From: Rickettsiales bacterium | GTDB taxonomy: Bacteria > Pseudomonadota > Alphaproteobacteria > Methylaequorales > Methylaequoraceae | Length of the DNA: 64,000 bases | Direction: 5' to 3' | Assembly: GCA_002691145.1 (NCBI GenBank) | Contig: NZHE01000024.1 | Coordinates: 8,094 to 72,093, forward strand | Part shown: piece by piece, positions 18,902-28,656 of the stretch | How positions within the stretch are numbered: position 1 is the first letter of the stretch | Layout: each line of letters opens with the position of its first letter | Notes under the pieces: model-generated | What the model was told of the DNA's origin: nothing | Seen by the model: the letters and a program-made list of their open reading frames with translations, nothing else | Databases searched by the model: none | Position numbers and translations under genes: made by a program

Positions 18902-19964
18902 GATTTTATTAGTGACAGGTGGAACAGGAGGGCATTTATTTCCAGCAATTTCTCTAGCTCAAGAATTTAAGAAACAAAATATAAATTTTGAGTTTATAAT
19001 TGATAGGAAGTGTGAAGGTCATTTAAAAAATTATAAAATGAAGTGTAATGTAGTTTTCTCATCTCCGATATTCTTTAGTTTATTAAAACTACCTATTTCT
19101 ATAATCAAAATTATTATTGGATTTTTTCAATCTACATTACTTTTTCTCAGGGAACATAAGAAAATAAAGATTATTATAGGATTTGGAGGATATTCATGTT
19201 TTCCCTCATTAATCGCAGGCTATTTTCTTAACATTCCAATTATTATTCATGAACAGAATGCAATAATGGGAAAAGCAAACAGAATTTTATCAAAATTTTG
19301 TCATAAAACATTTATTTCTTTTAGAAAAACAGAGAAAGCCCCGAAAAATTCTAAATTTACTGGAATACCAGTTAGAAAAGAGTTTTTTGTGAAAAAAAAA
19401 TTTAAAGTACATTATTCCTCAAATAAAATTAATATTTTAATACTTGGAGGTAGTCAGGGTGCCGCAGTTTTCTCTAAAATAATTCCAAAGGCGCTGTCCT
19501 CGCTTTCAAGCTCTGAAATGTCCAAAATAAAAGTTACTCAACAAGCTAGAGAAAATGAGATAGAATCTTTATCAAATACTTATAAAAAAATAAAATTATC
19601 AACTAAAATAAAAAAATTTTTTAGTAATGTTGCTTTAGAGATGCATAAATCTGATGTCATAATTTCAAGATGCGGTGCATCAACACTTGCAGAAATCAGT
19701 GCAACCGAAAAATTCTCAATACTGTTTCCCTTACCTACATCTAAAGACAATCATCAATTCAAGAATGCCAGTGAGTTTTCAAAAAGTAATTCGTGCATAG
19801 TAATGAATGAAAATAAATTCAACTCTTTCGATTTGACAAATCTTTTTAAGAAGATAATAAAAAAACCTGAAAGATTTAAAAATAAATTAACTACTAATCC
19901 AAATACTAATATAGCTAAAGATATTGTGACAATCATTAAAAATTACAAAAATGTTAGATATTGA
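18891..19964 (+). CDS. murG: Lipid II GlcNAc transferase MurG
   Basis: GGTGGHLFP, HEQN, GGSQGA and HQ..NA. Confidence 0.96.
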   Translation: MKNKILLVTGGTGGHLFPAISLAQEFKKQNINFEFIIDRKCEGHLKNYKMKCNVVFSSPIFFSLLKLPISIIKIIIGFFQSTLLFLREHKKIKIIIGFGGYSCFPSLIAGYFLNIPIIIHEQNAIMGKANRILSKFCHKTFISFRKTEKAPKNSKFTGIPVRKEFFVKKKFKVHYSSNKINILILGGSQGAAVFSKIIPKALSSLSSSEMSKIKVTQQARENEIESLSNTYKKIKLSTKIKKFFSNVALEMHKSDVIISRCGASTLAEISATEKFSILFPLPTSKDNHQFKNASEFSKSNSCIVMNENKFNSFDLTNLFKKIIKKPERFKNKLTTNPNTNIAKDIVTIIKNYKNVRY

Positions 19965-21366
19965 AACAAAAAAAAAAATATACTTCATTGGAATAGGCGG
20001 AATAGGCATGAGTGGGATCGCGGAAGTCCTTCATGAAATGGGTTTTATCGTTTCTGGTAGTGATATTAATAAAAATCATAATACAATGAGGTTAGAAAAA
20101 ATTGGAATTGAAATAAAAATTGGCCATAAAAAGAGTAATATCAAAAGTATCGACTTAATAATTATTTCATCTGCAATAAAAAAAAATAATGAAGAATTAA
20201 AAGAATCAAAAACTAAAGGAATACCTATATTAACAAGAGCAAAAATGCTTGCTGAGTTGATGCGTTTAAAATATGCCATCACAGTAGCTGGTTCACACGG
20301 CAAAACAACAACAACCTCATTAGTTGCGTCTATAATGGAGCAAGCAAAATTAGATCCAACCGTAATAAATGGTGGAATAATTAATAAGTATAATACAAAT
20401 GCAAAACTTGGTAAGGGTAAATGGATTGTTGCTGAAGCTGACGAGTCTGATGGTTCTTTTACTTTTTTGCCCTCAACCATATGTTTAATTAATAATATTG
20501 ATCCTGAGCATTTAGATTTCTACAAATCATTTAATAATCTCAAAGAGGCATTTATTCAGTATGGAAAAAAAATCCCGTTTTATGGATTCATTTCTTTGTG
20601 CATAGATGAGAAAAGTGTTAAAGAACTGATACCTCATTTTATGGAGCAAAAAATTATTACATATGGACTTTCAAAAAATGCAAATATTACCGCGAGAAAT
20701 ATTTCATTTATTCACAAAAGAGATGTTTTTTATACTAAATTTGATGCTATTATCAATTTGGAAAAAAAGATAATAATTAAAAATATTAGGGCACCTATAT
20801 TAGGCGAACATAATTTAAAAAATATTTTGGGAGCAATTAGCATTACAATAAATTTAAAAATTGAAGGTAAAATTATAAAAAAAGCATTAGAGAAATTTAG
20901 AGGAGTAAAAAGAAGGTTTACATTAATATACAACAAACAAAATATAAAAGTTTTTGACGATTATGCTCATCATCCAAAAGAAATTTTGGTAACTTTAAAT
21001 ACATTAAAAAAAGTCACTAAAGGAAAAGTTATAACAATCTTTCAGCCTCACAGATTTTCTAGAACAAGAGAACTTTTTGATGAATTTATTAAAAGCTTTC
21101 ATTTTACCGATAAATTATTTATATCTCCGGTATACTCAGCAGGTGAAAAAGAGATAAAAAATTTTAATCATCATTCTCTTGTAAAGAATATTAATAAATA
21201 TAAAATTACAGATTCATTTTCATGTGCATTAGATGAAAGTTTATTTATTAAAATTTTTAAACTTCTTAAGCCAAAAGATAACGTTATTTTTTTAGGAGCT
21301 GGTTCAATAACAAATTATGCTCATGAATTTTCAAAATATTTAAAAAAAAATGCTCGGTATAATTAA
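19951..21366 (+). CDS. murC: UDP-MurNAc:L-alanine ligase
   Basis: GIGGIGMSG, GSHGKTTT, EADESDGSF and DDYAHHP. Confidence 0.97.
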   Translation: MLDIETKKKIYFIGIGGIGMSGIAEVLHEMGFIVSGSDINKNHNTMRLEKIGIEIKIGHKKSNIKSIDLIIISSAIKKNNEELKESKTKGIPILTRAKMLAELMRLKYAITVAGSHGKTTTTSLVASIMEQAKLDPTVINGGIINKYNTNAKLGKGKWIVAEADESDGSFTFLPSTICLINNIDPEHLDFYKSFNNLKEAFIQYGKKIPFYGFISLCIDEKSVKELIPHFMEQKIITYGLSKNANITARNISFIHKRDVFYTKFDAIINLEKKIIIKNIRAPILGEHNLKNILGAISITINLKIEGKIIKKALEKFRGVKRRFTLIYNKQNIKVFDDYAHHPKEILVTLNTLKKVTKGKVITIFQPHRFSRTRELFDEFIKSFHFTDKLFISPVYSAGEKEIKNFNHHSLVKNINKYKITDSFSCALDESLFIKIFKLLKPKDNVIFLGAGSITNYAHEFSKYLKKNARYN

Positions 21367-22252
21367 ATCCTTTCTTTTTAGAAAGAATGTTAGACTGAAT
21401 GAAAACATAGGCCAAAAAACCTGGTTTAGAACAGGTGGACACGCAAAAATTTTTTTCGAACCGAAAAACTTAGAAGACTTATCAGTATTTTTGAGGTCAT
21501 TACCAAAAAATTATCCAAAATTTTTACTTGGGTTAGGATCAAATATAATTTTCAGAGATGGTTTTTATAATGGAGTTGTTATTAAGCTCGGTGAGGGATT
21601 TAATAATTTTGAACTAAATGATTACAAACTAAAAATTGGAGCTGGTGCAAAAAATATAAACATTGTAAAATATACACTTTCAAAAAAAATTACTGGATTT
21701 GAATTTTTAATTGGAATACCCGGATCGTTGGGTGGTTCACTAAAAATGAATTCAAGTTGTTTTAGTTATTGCATAAGTGATAATCTATTAAATGTGAATA
21801 TCATGAACGAGAATGGCGTTATAAAATCGTTTAATAAAAAAGAGTTGGAGATTTCATACAGAAATTGTGAACTACCTGAAGATCATATTTTTATTGATGC
21901 AACATTTAAAATTAAATATGCAAACAAAAATAACATCACGAATAGAATTCAAAATTTTAAAATGAAGAGGAAAAACTCTCAACCCTTAGGTGTGAGAACC
22001 GGAGGTAGTACTTTTGTAAATCCTGACACGGTTAAAGCATGGCAATTAATTGAAAAATCTGGATTAAGAGGAAAAAAATTTGGTGATGCAATGATTTCAG
22101 ATAAACACTGTAATTTTTTGATTAACCTTGGAAAGTCTACATCAACAGAATTAGAAGTTTTGGGAGAGGATATCATAGAAACAGTTTTTAAAAAAGAAAA
22201 TATCAAGCTTAATTGGGAAATAAAACGAGTTGGAAATTTTAAAAAAATATAA
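21350..22252 (+). CDS. murB: UDP-N-acetylenolpyruvoylglucosamine reductase
   Basis: GLGSNI, GIPGSLGG..MN, GGSTF.NP and KHCNFLIN. Confidence 0.95.
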   Translation: MLGIIKSFLFRKNVRLNENIGQKTWFRTGGHAKIFFEPKNLEDLSVFLRSLPKNYPKFLLGLGSNIIFRDGFYNGVVIKLGEGFNNFELNDYKLKIGAGAKNINIVKYTLSKKITGFEFLIGIPGSLGGSLKMNSSCFSYCISDNLLNVNIMNENGVIKSFNKKELEISYRNCELPEDHIFIDATFKIKYANKNNITNRIQNFKMKRKNSQPLGVRTGGSTFVNPDTVKAWQLIEKSGLRGKKFGDAMISDKHCNFLINLGKSTSTELEVLGEDIIETVFKKENIKLNWEIKRVGNFKKI

Positions 22253-23138
22253 AAAAGTAGCTATTATTTTAGGTGGAACATCAGACGAGTCTAATATTTC
22301 TATCAAAACAGGAAACGAGGTTTTTAAACATCTCCATTTGAATTATGAAACAAAAAAAATCAAAGTCTCCTCAAATACTAAAAAATTTATTAAAGATATA
22401 ATTAAATTCAATCCTGATGTTGTTTTTAACGCTTTACATGGAACATTTGGGGAAGATGGACAAATTCAAGCTATATTAAATTCATTAAAAATTCCTTACA
22501 CTCATTCAGGATTTTTAGCTTCCTCTATTGGTATGAACAAAAGGTTGTCAAAAATAATTTTTGAAAATGAAGGAATTTTATGCCCAAAAGGAAAGATTAT
22601 TCATTCAAAAAATTTAAATCAAATTGAAAAAAAACAATTGCCAGTAATTGTTAAACCAAATAGCGGAGGATCAAGTGTGAATATTTTTAGAATAAACACC
22701 AAAAAAGAGTTATTGAAAATAAAATTAAAAGGTGAATTTCTGGTCGAAGAGTTTATTGAAGGAAGAGAAATAACAGTAGGAGTTTTACAAAATAAAATTT
22801 GTGGAATTATGGAAATAATTTTTAAAGATGACATCTATGATTACAAGAATAAGTACATAAATATTGCAGAACACAGGGTTAATCCAAAATTACCGAAAGA
22901 TATTCTTAACAAATTAAAAAAACAGACTCTTAAAGCCCATAAAAGCATTGGTTGTAATTGCTTAAGTAGAGCAGATTTTAGATTTAACGAAAACGAAAAT
23001 AAAATATATTTATTAGAAATAAACACTCAGCCTGGTTTGACAAAAAATTCACTTTTACCGGAAATGGCGTTATATAAGGGAATAGATTTTATTCAACTAT
23101 GTGAAATTATTTTGCAAAGCGCAAGATGCGAAAATTAA
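22230..23138 (+). CDS. ddl: D-alanine--D-alanine ligase
   Basis: GG.S.E..IS, LHG.FGEDG and LEINTQPG.T..SL.P. The TTG start is uncertain. Confidence 0.95.
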   Translation: MEILKKYKKVAIILGGTSDESNISIKTGNEVFKHLHLNYETKKIKVSSNTKKFIKDIIKFNPDVVFNALHGTFGEDGQIQAILNSLKIPYTHSGFLASSIGMNKRLSKIIFENEGILCPKGKIIHSKNLNQIEKKQLPVIVKPNSGGSSVNIFRINTKKELLKIKLKGEFLVEEFIEGREITVGVLQNKICGIMEIIFKDDIYDYKNKYINIAEHRVNPKLPKDILNKLKKQTLKAHKSIGCNCLSRADFRFNENENKIYLLEINTQPGLTKNSLLPEMALYKGIDFIQLCEIILQSARCEN

Positions 23139-23854
23139 TTTTTTTTATAACGATAGTTTCAGCTTTAGTTTTAATTTTTAGTAAGATTGAAATCATTCAT
23201 CAAAACATTTACGTCAACAATGTTTCAGAAAAAATAAGTATGATTAAAGAAAAAATAAAACTTATCTTCTTTTTTCAAGTCAAAGAAATTAAATTGAAAA
23301 ATGTCAAAAATTTAGACAATGAGCAAATATATAAAAATTTATCATTTAAAGTGGGCGAAGAATATTTGTTTATTAACTTAAAAAAAAATCTAAAAAATTT
23401 ACTTAACATCAATGAACTGGAATCGGCAAAGATAGTAAAGAAAAAAAATGGTATAATCGAAGTATTAATTTCAGAAAAAGAACCTTTTTTATTTTGGTTA
23501 AAAAAAGATAAAAAAATTGTCATTGACAAAAATGGAGAAGTACTAAATTTTAAAAATGCTAATTTCACAAATCTTAAACTTTTATCAGGAGAGAATGCTA
23601 ATAAAAATATTAACTCATTCTACAAAATCATTCAAAAATATCCTGAACTTGAAAATAAAATTGTAAAATTTGATTTTATAGAAAATTATAGATGGAACAT
23701 TATATTAAATGATAAGGTAAAAATTATGCTGCCGAGAAGAAACTTTGAGAAATCACTTGAAATTTTAGTTAAAATCTTAAAGAGAGATGAATTAAACAAT
23801 AAGGGATATGAGTATTTTGATATGAGAATAAATAATAAAATTCTTTTTAAGTAA
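23126..23854 (+). CDS. ftsQ: Cell division protein FtsQ
   Basis: TM, POTRA-like region, RW.I.L and C-terminal YFDMR; lies between ddl and ftsA. Confidence 0.85.
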   Translation: MRKLIFFITIVSALVLIFSKIEIIHQNIYVNNVSEKISMIKEKIKLIFFFQVKEIKLKNVKNLDNEQIYKNLSFKVGEEYLFINLKKNLKNLLNINELESAKIVKKKNGIIEVLISEKEPFLFWLKKDKKIVIDKNGEVLNFKNANFTNLKLLSGENANKNINSFYKIIQKYPELENKIVKFDFIENYRWNIILNDKVKIMLPRRNFEKSLEILVKILKRDELNNKGYEYFDMRINNKILFK

Positions 23855-23855
23855 A

Positions 23856-25076
23856 ATGATAAAAATCTCCCAACAAGGAATTAAATGCCTCATAGATCTT
23901 GGGACAAACAAGTCAATTTGTGTTGTTTGTAAAAAGATAGAAAATAATAATTTTAAAATAATTGGCTGGAGTCACAAAAAAAGTAATGGAATAAGAAAAG
24001 GAAAAATAACAAATCCTGAAATTTTATCTAAAAATATTACGGATCTAACTCAAGAAGCATCAAAAGAAATCTCTATTAGAAACTTATCAATAAAATTAAA
24101 TATTTCAGATCCAAAAATTATTATTAATAGTCACTCTAGCGAAATTAATAAAGGAGGATTAAATATAAGCAAAAATGATTTGAAAAATTTGTATAAGAAA
24201 AATACGATGTTTCAAAATTTAAAAAAAAAAAAGTTAATTCATTCAATACCAATAAAGTTTAAAATTGATGACAAATTTTTTTTAGATAATCCGCTTGGAA
24301 CAGTTTGTAAAAAACTCACACTAGAATCAAAAAACATATTTGTAGATTCTGATTCATTTTATCAATATCAAAGTTTTATGAAAAACTCAAAACATACTGT
24401 TGATGAATTAATTGACACCAGTTTTGCTTCATCAATACCAACAGTTACTGAAAGTGAAAGGAGTCAAGGTGTGTGTAGTATAGATATTGGGGCAGGTTTA
24501 ACAAAAATAACAACTTATTATAAAAATGCTATTGAGAATATATCTTATATACTATTTGGCGGGAATGATGTCACAAGTGATATTGCCAAAGGACTTGATA
24601 TCTCAACAGAATTAGCAGAATATATAAAAATTGTTCATGGAAATTTATTATTTTCTCAAGATAAAAAAATTAATTTAAATCTAATAAATGGAAAGGAAAA
24701 GATTATAAAACAAAATCTACTTCACGGAATAATCAAACCTAGATATGAGGAGATTTTTGAATTGATAAGAGATAAAATATACGAAATTCTTTCTAAAAAT
24801 ATTCAAATAGAGAATATAGTTTTGACAGGTGGTGCAAGTCAAATTTCTGGTTTAACTGAATTCGCAACAAAAATTCTGAATAGAAAAATTAGACTTTCTT
24901 CACCGACAAATGATCTTTCTTATTTCAACAAAAAACCAGAATTTAGCACAATAATTGGTATGATTGAATTGCAAAAAAATTCTTCTTTTACAACTGTAAA
25001 TCACTCTTTAAAAAATAGTTTTTTACAAAATACTTTTGAAAAATTTGATAACTGGATTCAGGAAAGTTTAACATAA
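23856..25076 (+). CDS. ftsA: Cell division protein FtsA
   Basis: DLGTNK, IDIGAG.T, GG..VT.DI, VLTGGASQ and a C-terminal amphipathic helix (FDNWIQESL). Confidence 0.93.
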   Translation: MIKISQQGIKCLIDLGTNKSICVVCKKIENNNFKIIGWSHKKSNGIRKGKITNPEILSKNITDLTQEASKEISIRNLSIKLNISDPKIIINSHSSEINKGGLNISKNDLKNLYKKNTMFQNLKKKKLIHSIPIKFKIDDKFFLDNPLGTVCKKLTLESKNIFVDSDSFYQYQSFMKNSKHTVDELIDTSFASSIPTVTESERSQGVCSIDIGAGLTKITTYYKNAIENISYILFGGNDVTSDIAKGLDISTELAEYIKIVHGNLLFSQDKKINLNLINGKEKIIKQNLLHGIIKPRYEEIFELIRDKIYEILSKNIQIENIVLTGGASQISGLTEFATKILNRKIRLSSPTNDLSYFNKKPEFSTIIGMIELQKNSSFTTVNHSLKNSFLQNTFEKFDNWIQESLT

Positions 25077-25138
25077 ATGAAATATAATGAAATGATTTGT
25101 GATTAGATTTAAAAAAAAGTTAATGCTAAAGTTTAATA

Positions 25139-26083
25139 ATGAATATTTTAAATAAAAAACCGGCTTTCGATTTATTATCGAAAGATTTATCTTCGTTAGC
25201 AAAGCCCCCTAAATTAAAGTTTGGTTCTAGACAAATTACCATAAAAGGTAAAATTGTATTTCGAGGTAATGGTCTCCATTCAGGTAAAAAAGTTAAGATG
25301 ATTGTACATCCTGCTGAAGAAAATTCAGGATATCAGTTTAGAGTAAAGAGCGGTCTTAATTCATACACTAACATAAGAGCAATTTACAACAATGTAGTTT
25401 CGACCAACCTCTCAACAACCATCGCATCAGGAAATTTTAGGGTTTCAACAGTAGAACACATTTTATCGGCCCTCTACGCACTTAGAGTTGACAATGCAAT
25501 CATTGAGTTAGAGCAAGGCAACGAAATTCCAATAATGGATGGCTCATCTTTTGAATTTGTCAGAGGTATTAAAGATTCAGGTTTTGAAGAACAAAATTAT
25601 TTTAAAAAATCGATAAAGGTAAATAAAGTGATTGAGGTTAAAAGTGGTTCAAAAATAGCAAGGATTTCACCTCATGATGAGACTATATTTACCTGTGAAG
25701 TTGGTTATGATTCTAAAGTCATAGGAAATCAATCAATGAGCATTATATTTAATCCATCTATTTATGAGTCACAGATATCGAGAGCTAGAACATTTGGATT
25801 TCTCGAGGATATTGATTATTTACATAAGAATGGGTTGGCATTGGGTGGCTCCTTAGAAAATGCAATTGTTATATCAAAAGATAGAGTATTGAATAAAGAA
25901 GGCCTTAGATTTTCTGACGAGTTTGTTAGACATAAAACTTTAGATCTTATTGGTGATTTATCTCTTTCAGGATACTACATTAAAGGTTCTATTTACAGTT
26001 TTCACGGTGGTCATAATCTAAATAACTTACTCCTTCACAAACTATTTTCTTCAAAAGAAAACTATGAAATTATAGATTTTTAA
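25139..26083 (+). CDS. lpxC: UDP-3-O-acyl-GlcNAc deacetylase
   Basis: G.GLHSG, TVEHILSAL, ARTFGF and HKTLDLIGDL. Confidence 0.97.
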   Translation: MNILNKKPAFDLLSKDLSSLAKPPKLKFGSRQITIKGKIVFRGNGLHSGKKVKMIVHPAEENSGYQFRVKSGLNSYTNIRAIYNNVVSTNLSTTIASGNFRVSTVEHILSALYALRVDNAIIELEQGNEIPIMDGSSFEFVRGIKDSGFEEQNYFKKSIKVNKVIEVKSGSKIARISPHDETIFTCEVGYDSKVIGNQSMSIIFNPSIYESQISRARTFGFLEDIDYLHKNGLALGGSLENAIVISKDRVLNKEGLRFSDEFVRHKTLDLIGDLSLSGYYIKGSIYSFHGGHNLNNLLLHKLFSSKENYEIIDF

Positions 26084-26151
26084 GCTAGATAAATTTAATT
26101 CATTAGATTTTAAATATAATATTTGATAAAAAATAATCTTGGAAAAGTATT

Positions 26152-26991
26152 ATGTTGTTTAAAAGAATCTTATTGATTTTAGTCCTTTTATTAATGTACA
26201 GTTGTAGTTCAGATGAGAGTGTTGAAATAGATTATACTTTAAGAAGCGATAAAGTACTCTATAATGAAGCCTTACTAGCACTTAAAAAAAAAGATTTTGA
26301 AATAGCTGTAGAACTTTTTACCGAACTAGATTTACAACATCCTTATTCTGTTTGGGCTACTAAGGGACAATTAATGGCCAGCTTTGCTCTTTATCAACAA
26401 AATAAATATGACGAAGCCATTCTTATATTGAGTAAATTTATAAACCTTAATCCAAATAGTAGATATTTGGCCTACGCACTTTATCTAAAAGGATTTTGCT
26501 ATTACGAACGTGTTAGTGAAATAACAAAAGATCAAAAAATCACTCAGCAAGCATTTAAAGCATTTAGAGAGTTATTAAATAAATTTCCGGATTCAAAATA
26601 TTCATTAAAAGCAAAAAAACATTTAGTATTATTAACGAATCAATTAGCTGGTAAAGAAATGTCAATTGGTAAATATTATCAAAAAAGAGGTAATTATCTT
26701 GCTGGAATTTTAAGATATAAAGAGGTCATTCAAAATTATAAAAAGTCTGCCCTAACCCCGGAATCATTATTTCGTCTAACGGAATGTTTTTTGTCACTAG
26801 GCATAAATTCAGAGGCTATTCGAATGGTTTCAATACTAGCATACAATTTTTCGAATTCAGTTTGGTACAATGACGCTTTTAACCTATTGCAAAAATCAAA
26901 GTTAAATATAAAAAGTATAAAAGAAATTAAAGAAAATAATCTTTTAAATCTTAAAAATGTAAACTTTGACGAATTAAGTTTGGAAAAATAG
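26152..26991 (+). CDS. bamD: Outer membrane protein assembly lipoprotein BamD
   Basis: Lipobox Cys, TPR repeats, HPYS.W and LAGKEM.IG.YY; lies between lpxC and recN. Confidence 0.92.
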   Translation: MLFKRILLILVLLLMYSCSSDESVEIDYTLRSDKVLYNEALLALKKKDFEIAVELFTELDLQHPYSVWATKGQLMASFALYQQNKYDEAILILSKFINLNPNSRYLAYALYLKGFCYYERVSEITKDQKITQQAFKAFRELLNKFPDSKYSLKAKKHLVLLTNQLAGKEMSIGKYYQKRGNYLAGILRYKEVIQNYKKSALTPESLFRLTECFLSLGINSEAIRMVSILAYNFSNSVWYNDAFNLLQKSKLNIKSIKEIKENNLLNLKNVNFDELSLEK

Positions 26992-28656
26992 GTGTTGAAT
27001 TTTTTATCTATTAAAAACATAGTGTTAATTGATAGCCTAAAGATAGATTTTAAAGGTGGCTTATGCGTTTTAACTGGTGAAACTGGAGCAGGTAAATCCA
27101 TTATTCTTAATTCTTTAAATCTTGTAATTGGAAGTAGAGCTGATTACACTCTACGACCGAAAAATGAGAAAATTTCTGAGGTTATTGCAACCTTTACGAA
27201 TGATAAAAATTTAAAGATCATAAATACTCTGCAGGATTTAGGAGTCACCCACTCTGAAGAACTTATTTTAAAAAGACAACTATCAAATGATGGTAAAAGT
27301 AGAGCATTTATAAACGATCACCTCGTATCATTAAGTACATTAAGAGCGATAGGCAAAGATTTAATAAGTATTGAAAGTCAATTTTCGGAACAAGGTTTAT
27401 TGGATAATAATACTCACATTGAAATCCTTGATGAATTTGGTGATTACACACATTTAATAAAAGAACTTGAACTGAGTTGGGACAATTGGAGAATCAGCAA
27501 ACAAAAAATTGATGAACTAAAAGCATCCTATTTAAAAACAAATGCTGAAAATGAAAGATTACAATTTGATCTCCAAGAATTAAACAAATTAAATCCAATA
27601 CCAGGTGAATATGAAAAACTCATTGAAGAGAAAAAAAAATTTTTAAATTTTTCAAAAATAAATGAAACATTACAAAAAATATTACTAAATTTTTCAAATG
27701 ACGAAAGTAAATCTATTGAAAGTCTGATTTCAGAAAACATTTACCTGCTGGATAAAATAAATGAACTTGTGTCTCCAGATATAAAACAAATCATAAAAGG
27801 TTTGGACTCAGTTTTAATTGATTTACAAGAATATAAACTGAAAATAGAAGAATATTTAAGCGATGAAAATTTAAGTTATAGCTCGATTGATGAAATCGAA
27901 GAAAAAATTTATTTTTACAATAAAATTTCCAAGAAACATAATTGTCAGCCTGAGCAACTAATTGAAAAGAAAAATGAGATTTTAAAGCTAAATAATTCTA
28001 ATGAAGATGTTGGAGATATAATTAAAAAACAAGAATCCGAATTAAAAGTTTTATTTGACATCTTTGATAAAAATTGCGTAGAAGTTCATGAAAAAAGACT
28101 AAGAAGCGCATCCAAACTCGATGAATTAATTAATTTTGAACTCAAAGACCTTAAATTGGAAAACGCCCAATTTAAAACATTTGTAGATATTTCTGATATT
28201 CAAAATCAAAAAGGCAAATCAAAAGTAGTATTCAAAATTAAAACAAATAAGAATTATCAATTTGATGAAATAAAGAAAATCTCTTCCGGAGGTGAACTCT
28301 GTAGATTCGCTCTAGCCATCAAGGTCGTCTCTTCAAAACATAATAAGTCATCTATCATTTTTGATGAAGTTGATAGTGGGATTGGCGGAGCTGTGGCATC
28401 AGCTGTTGGAGAAAGATTAAAAAAGCTAGGACAATCTAGGCAAGTAATAGTTGTAACTCATTCTCCACAAGTAGCTTCACTTGGTGATGAACATTTTAGA
28501 GTTATAAAAAATCTAAGTGAAAAAGAAAATGTTACTAGCATTGAAAAACTAAATCAAAGCGAAAAAGTACAAGAAATAGCAAGAATGCTTTCAGGAAAAG
28601 AAATCACAAGTGAAGCAAGATTAGCAGCAACTAAACTAATAGATAATACAAACTAG
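26992..28656 (+). CDS. recN: DNA repair protein RecN
   Basis: LTGETGAGKS, SGGEL.R, FDEVDSGIGG, VTHSPQVA and EIARML. Confidence 0.96.
   Translation: MLNFLSIKNIVLIDSLKIDFKGGLCVLTGETGAGKSIILNSLNLVIGSRADYTLRPKNEKISEVIATFTNDKNLKIINTLQDLGVTHSEELILKRQLSNDGKSRAFINDHLVSLSTLRAIGKDLISIESQFSEQGLLDNNTHIEILDEFGDYTHLIKELELSWDNWRISKQKIDELKASYLKTNAENERLQFDLQELNKLNPIPGEYEKLIEEKKKFLNFSKINETLQKILLNFSNDESKSIESLISENIYLLDKINELVSPDIKQIIKGLDSVLIDLQEYKLKIEEYLSDENLSYSSIDEIEEKIYFYNKISKKHNCQPEQLIEKKNEILKLNNSNEDVGDIIKKQESELKVLFDIFDKNCVEVHEKRLRSASKLDELINFELKDLKLENAQFKTFVDISDIQNQKGKSKVVFKIKTNKNYQFDEIKKISSGGELCRFALAIKVVSSKHNKSSIIFDEVDSGIGGAVASAVGERLKKLGQSRQVIVVTHSPQVASLGDEHFRVIKNLSEKENVTSIEKLNQSEKVQEIARMLSGKEITSEARLAATKLIDNTN

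Noticed and set aside
25109-25123. TTAA-N7-TTAA (CtrA-like box) upstream of lpxC
   Set aside because: An all-A/T motif is expected many times by chance at this base composition, and there is no independent support.
25139-25230. N-terminal extension of LpxC containing 'PAF', considered as a remnant of the moved ftsZ tail
   Set aside because: Only a 3-residue match with no nucleotide similarity evident; likely coincidence.
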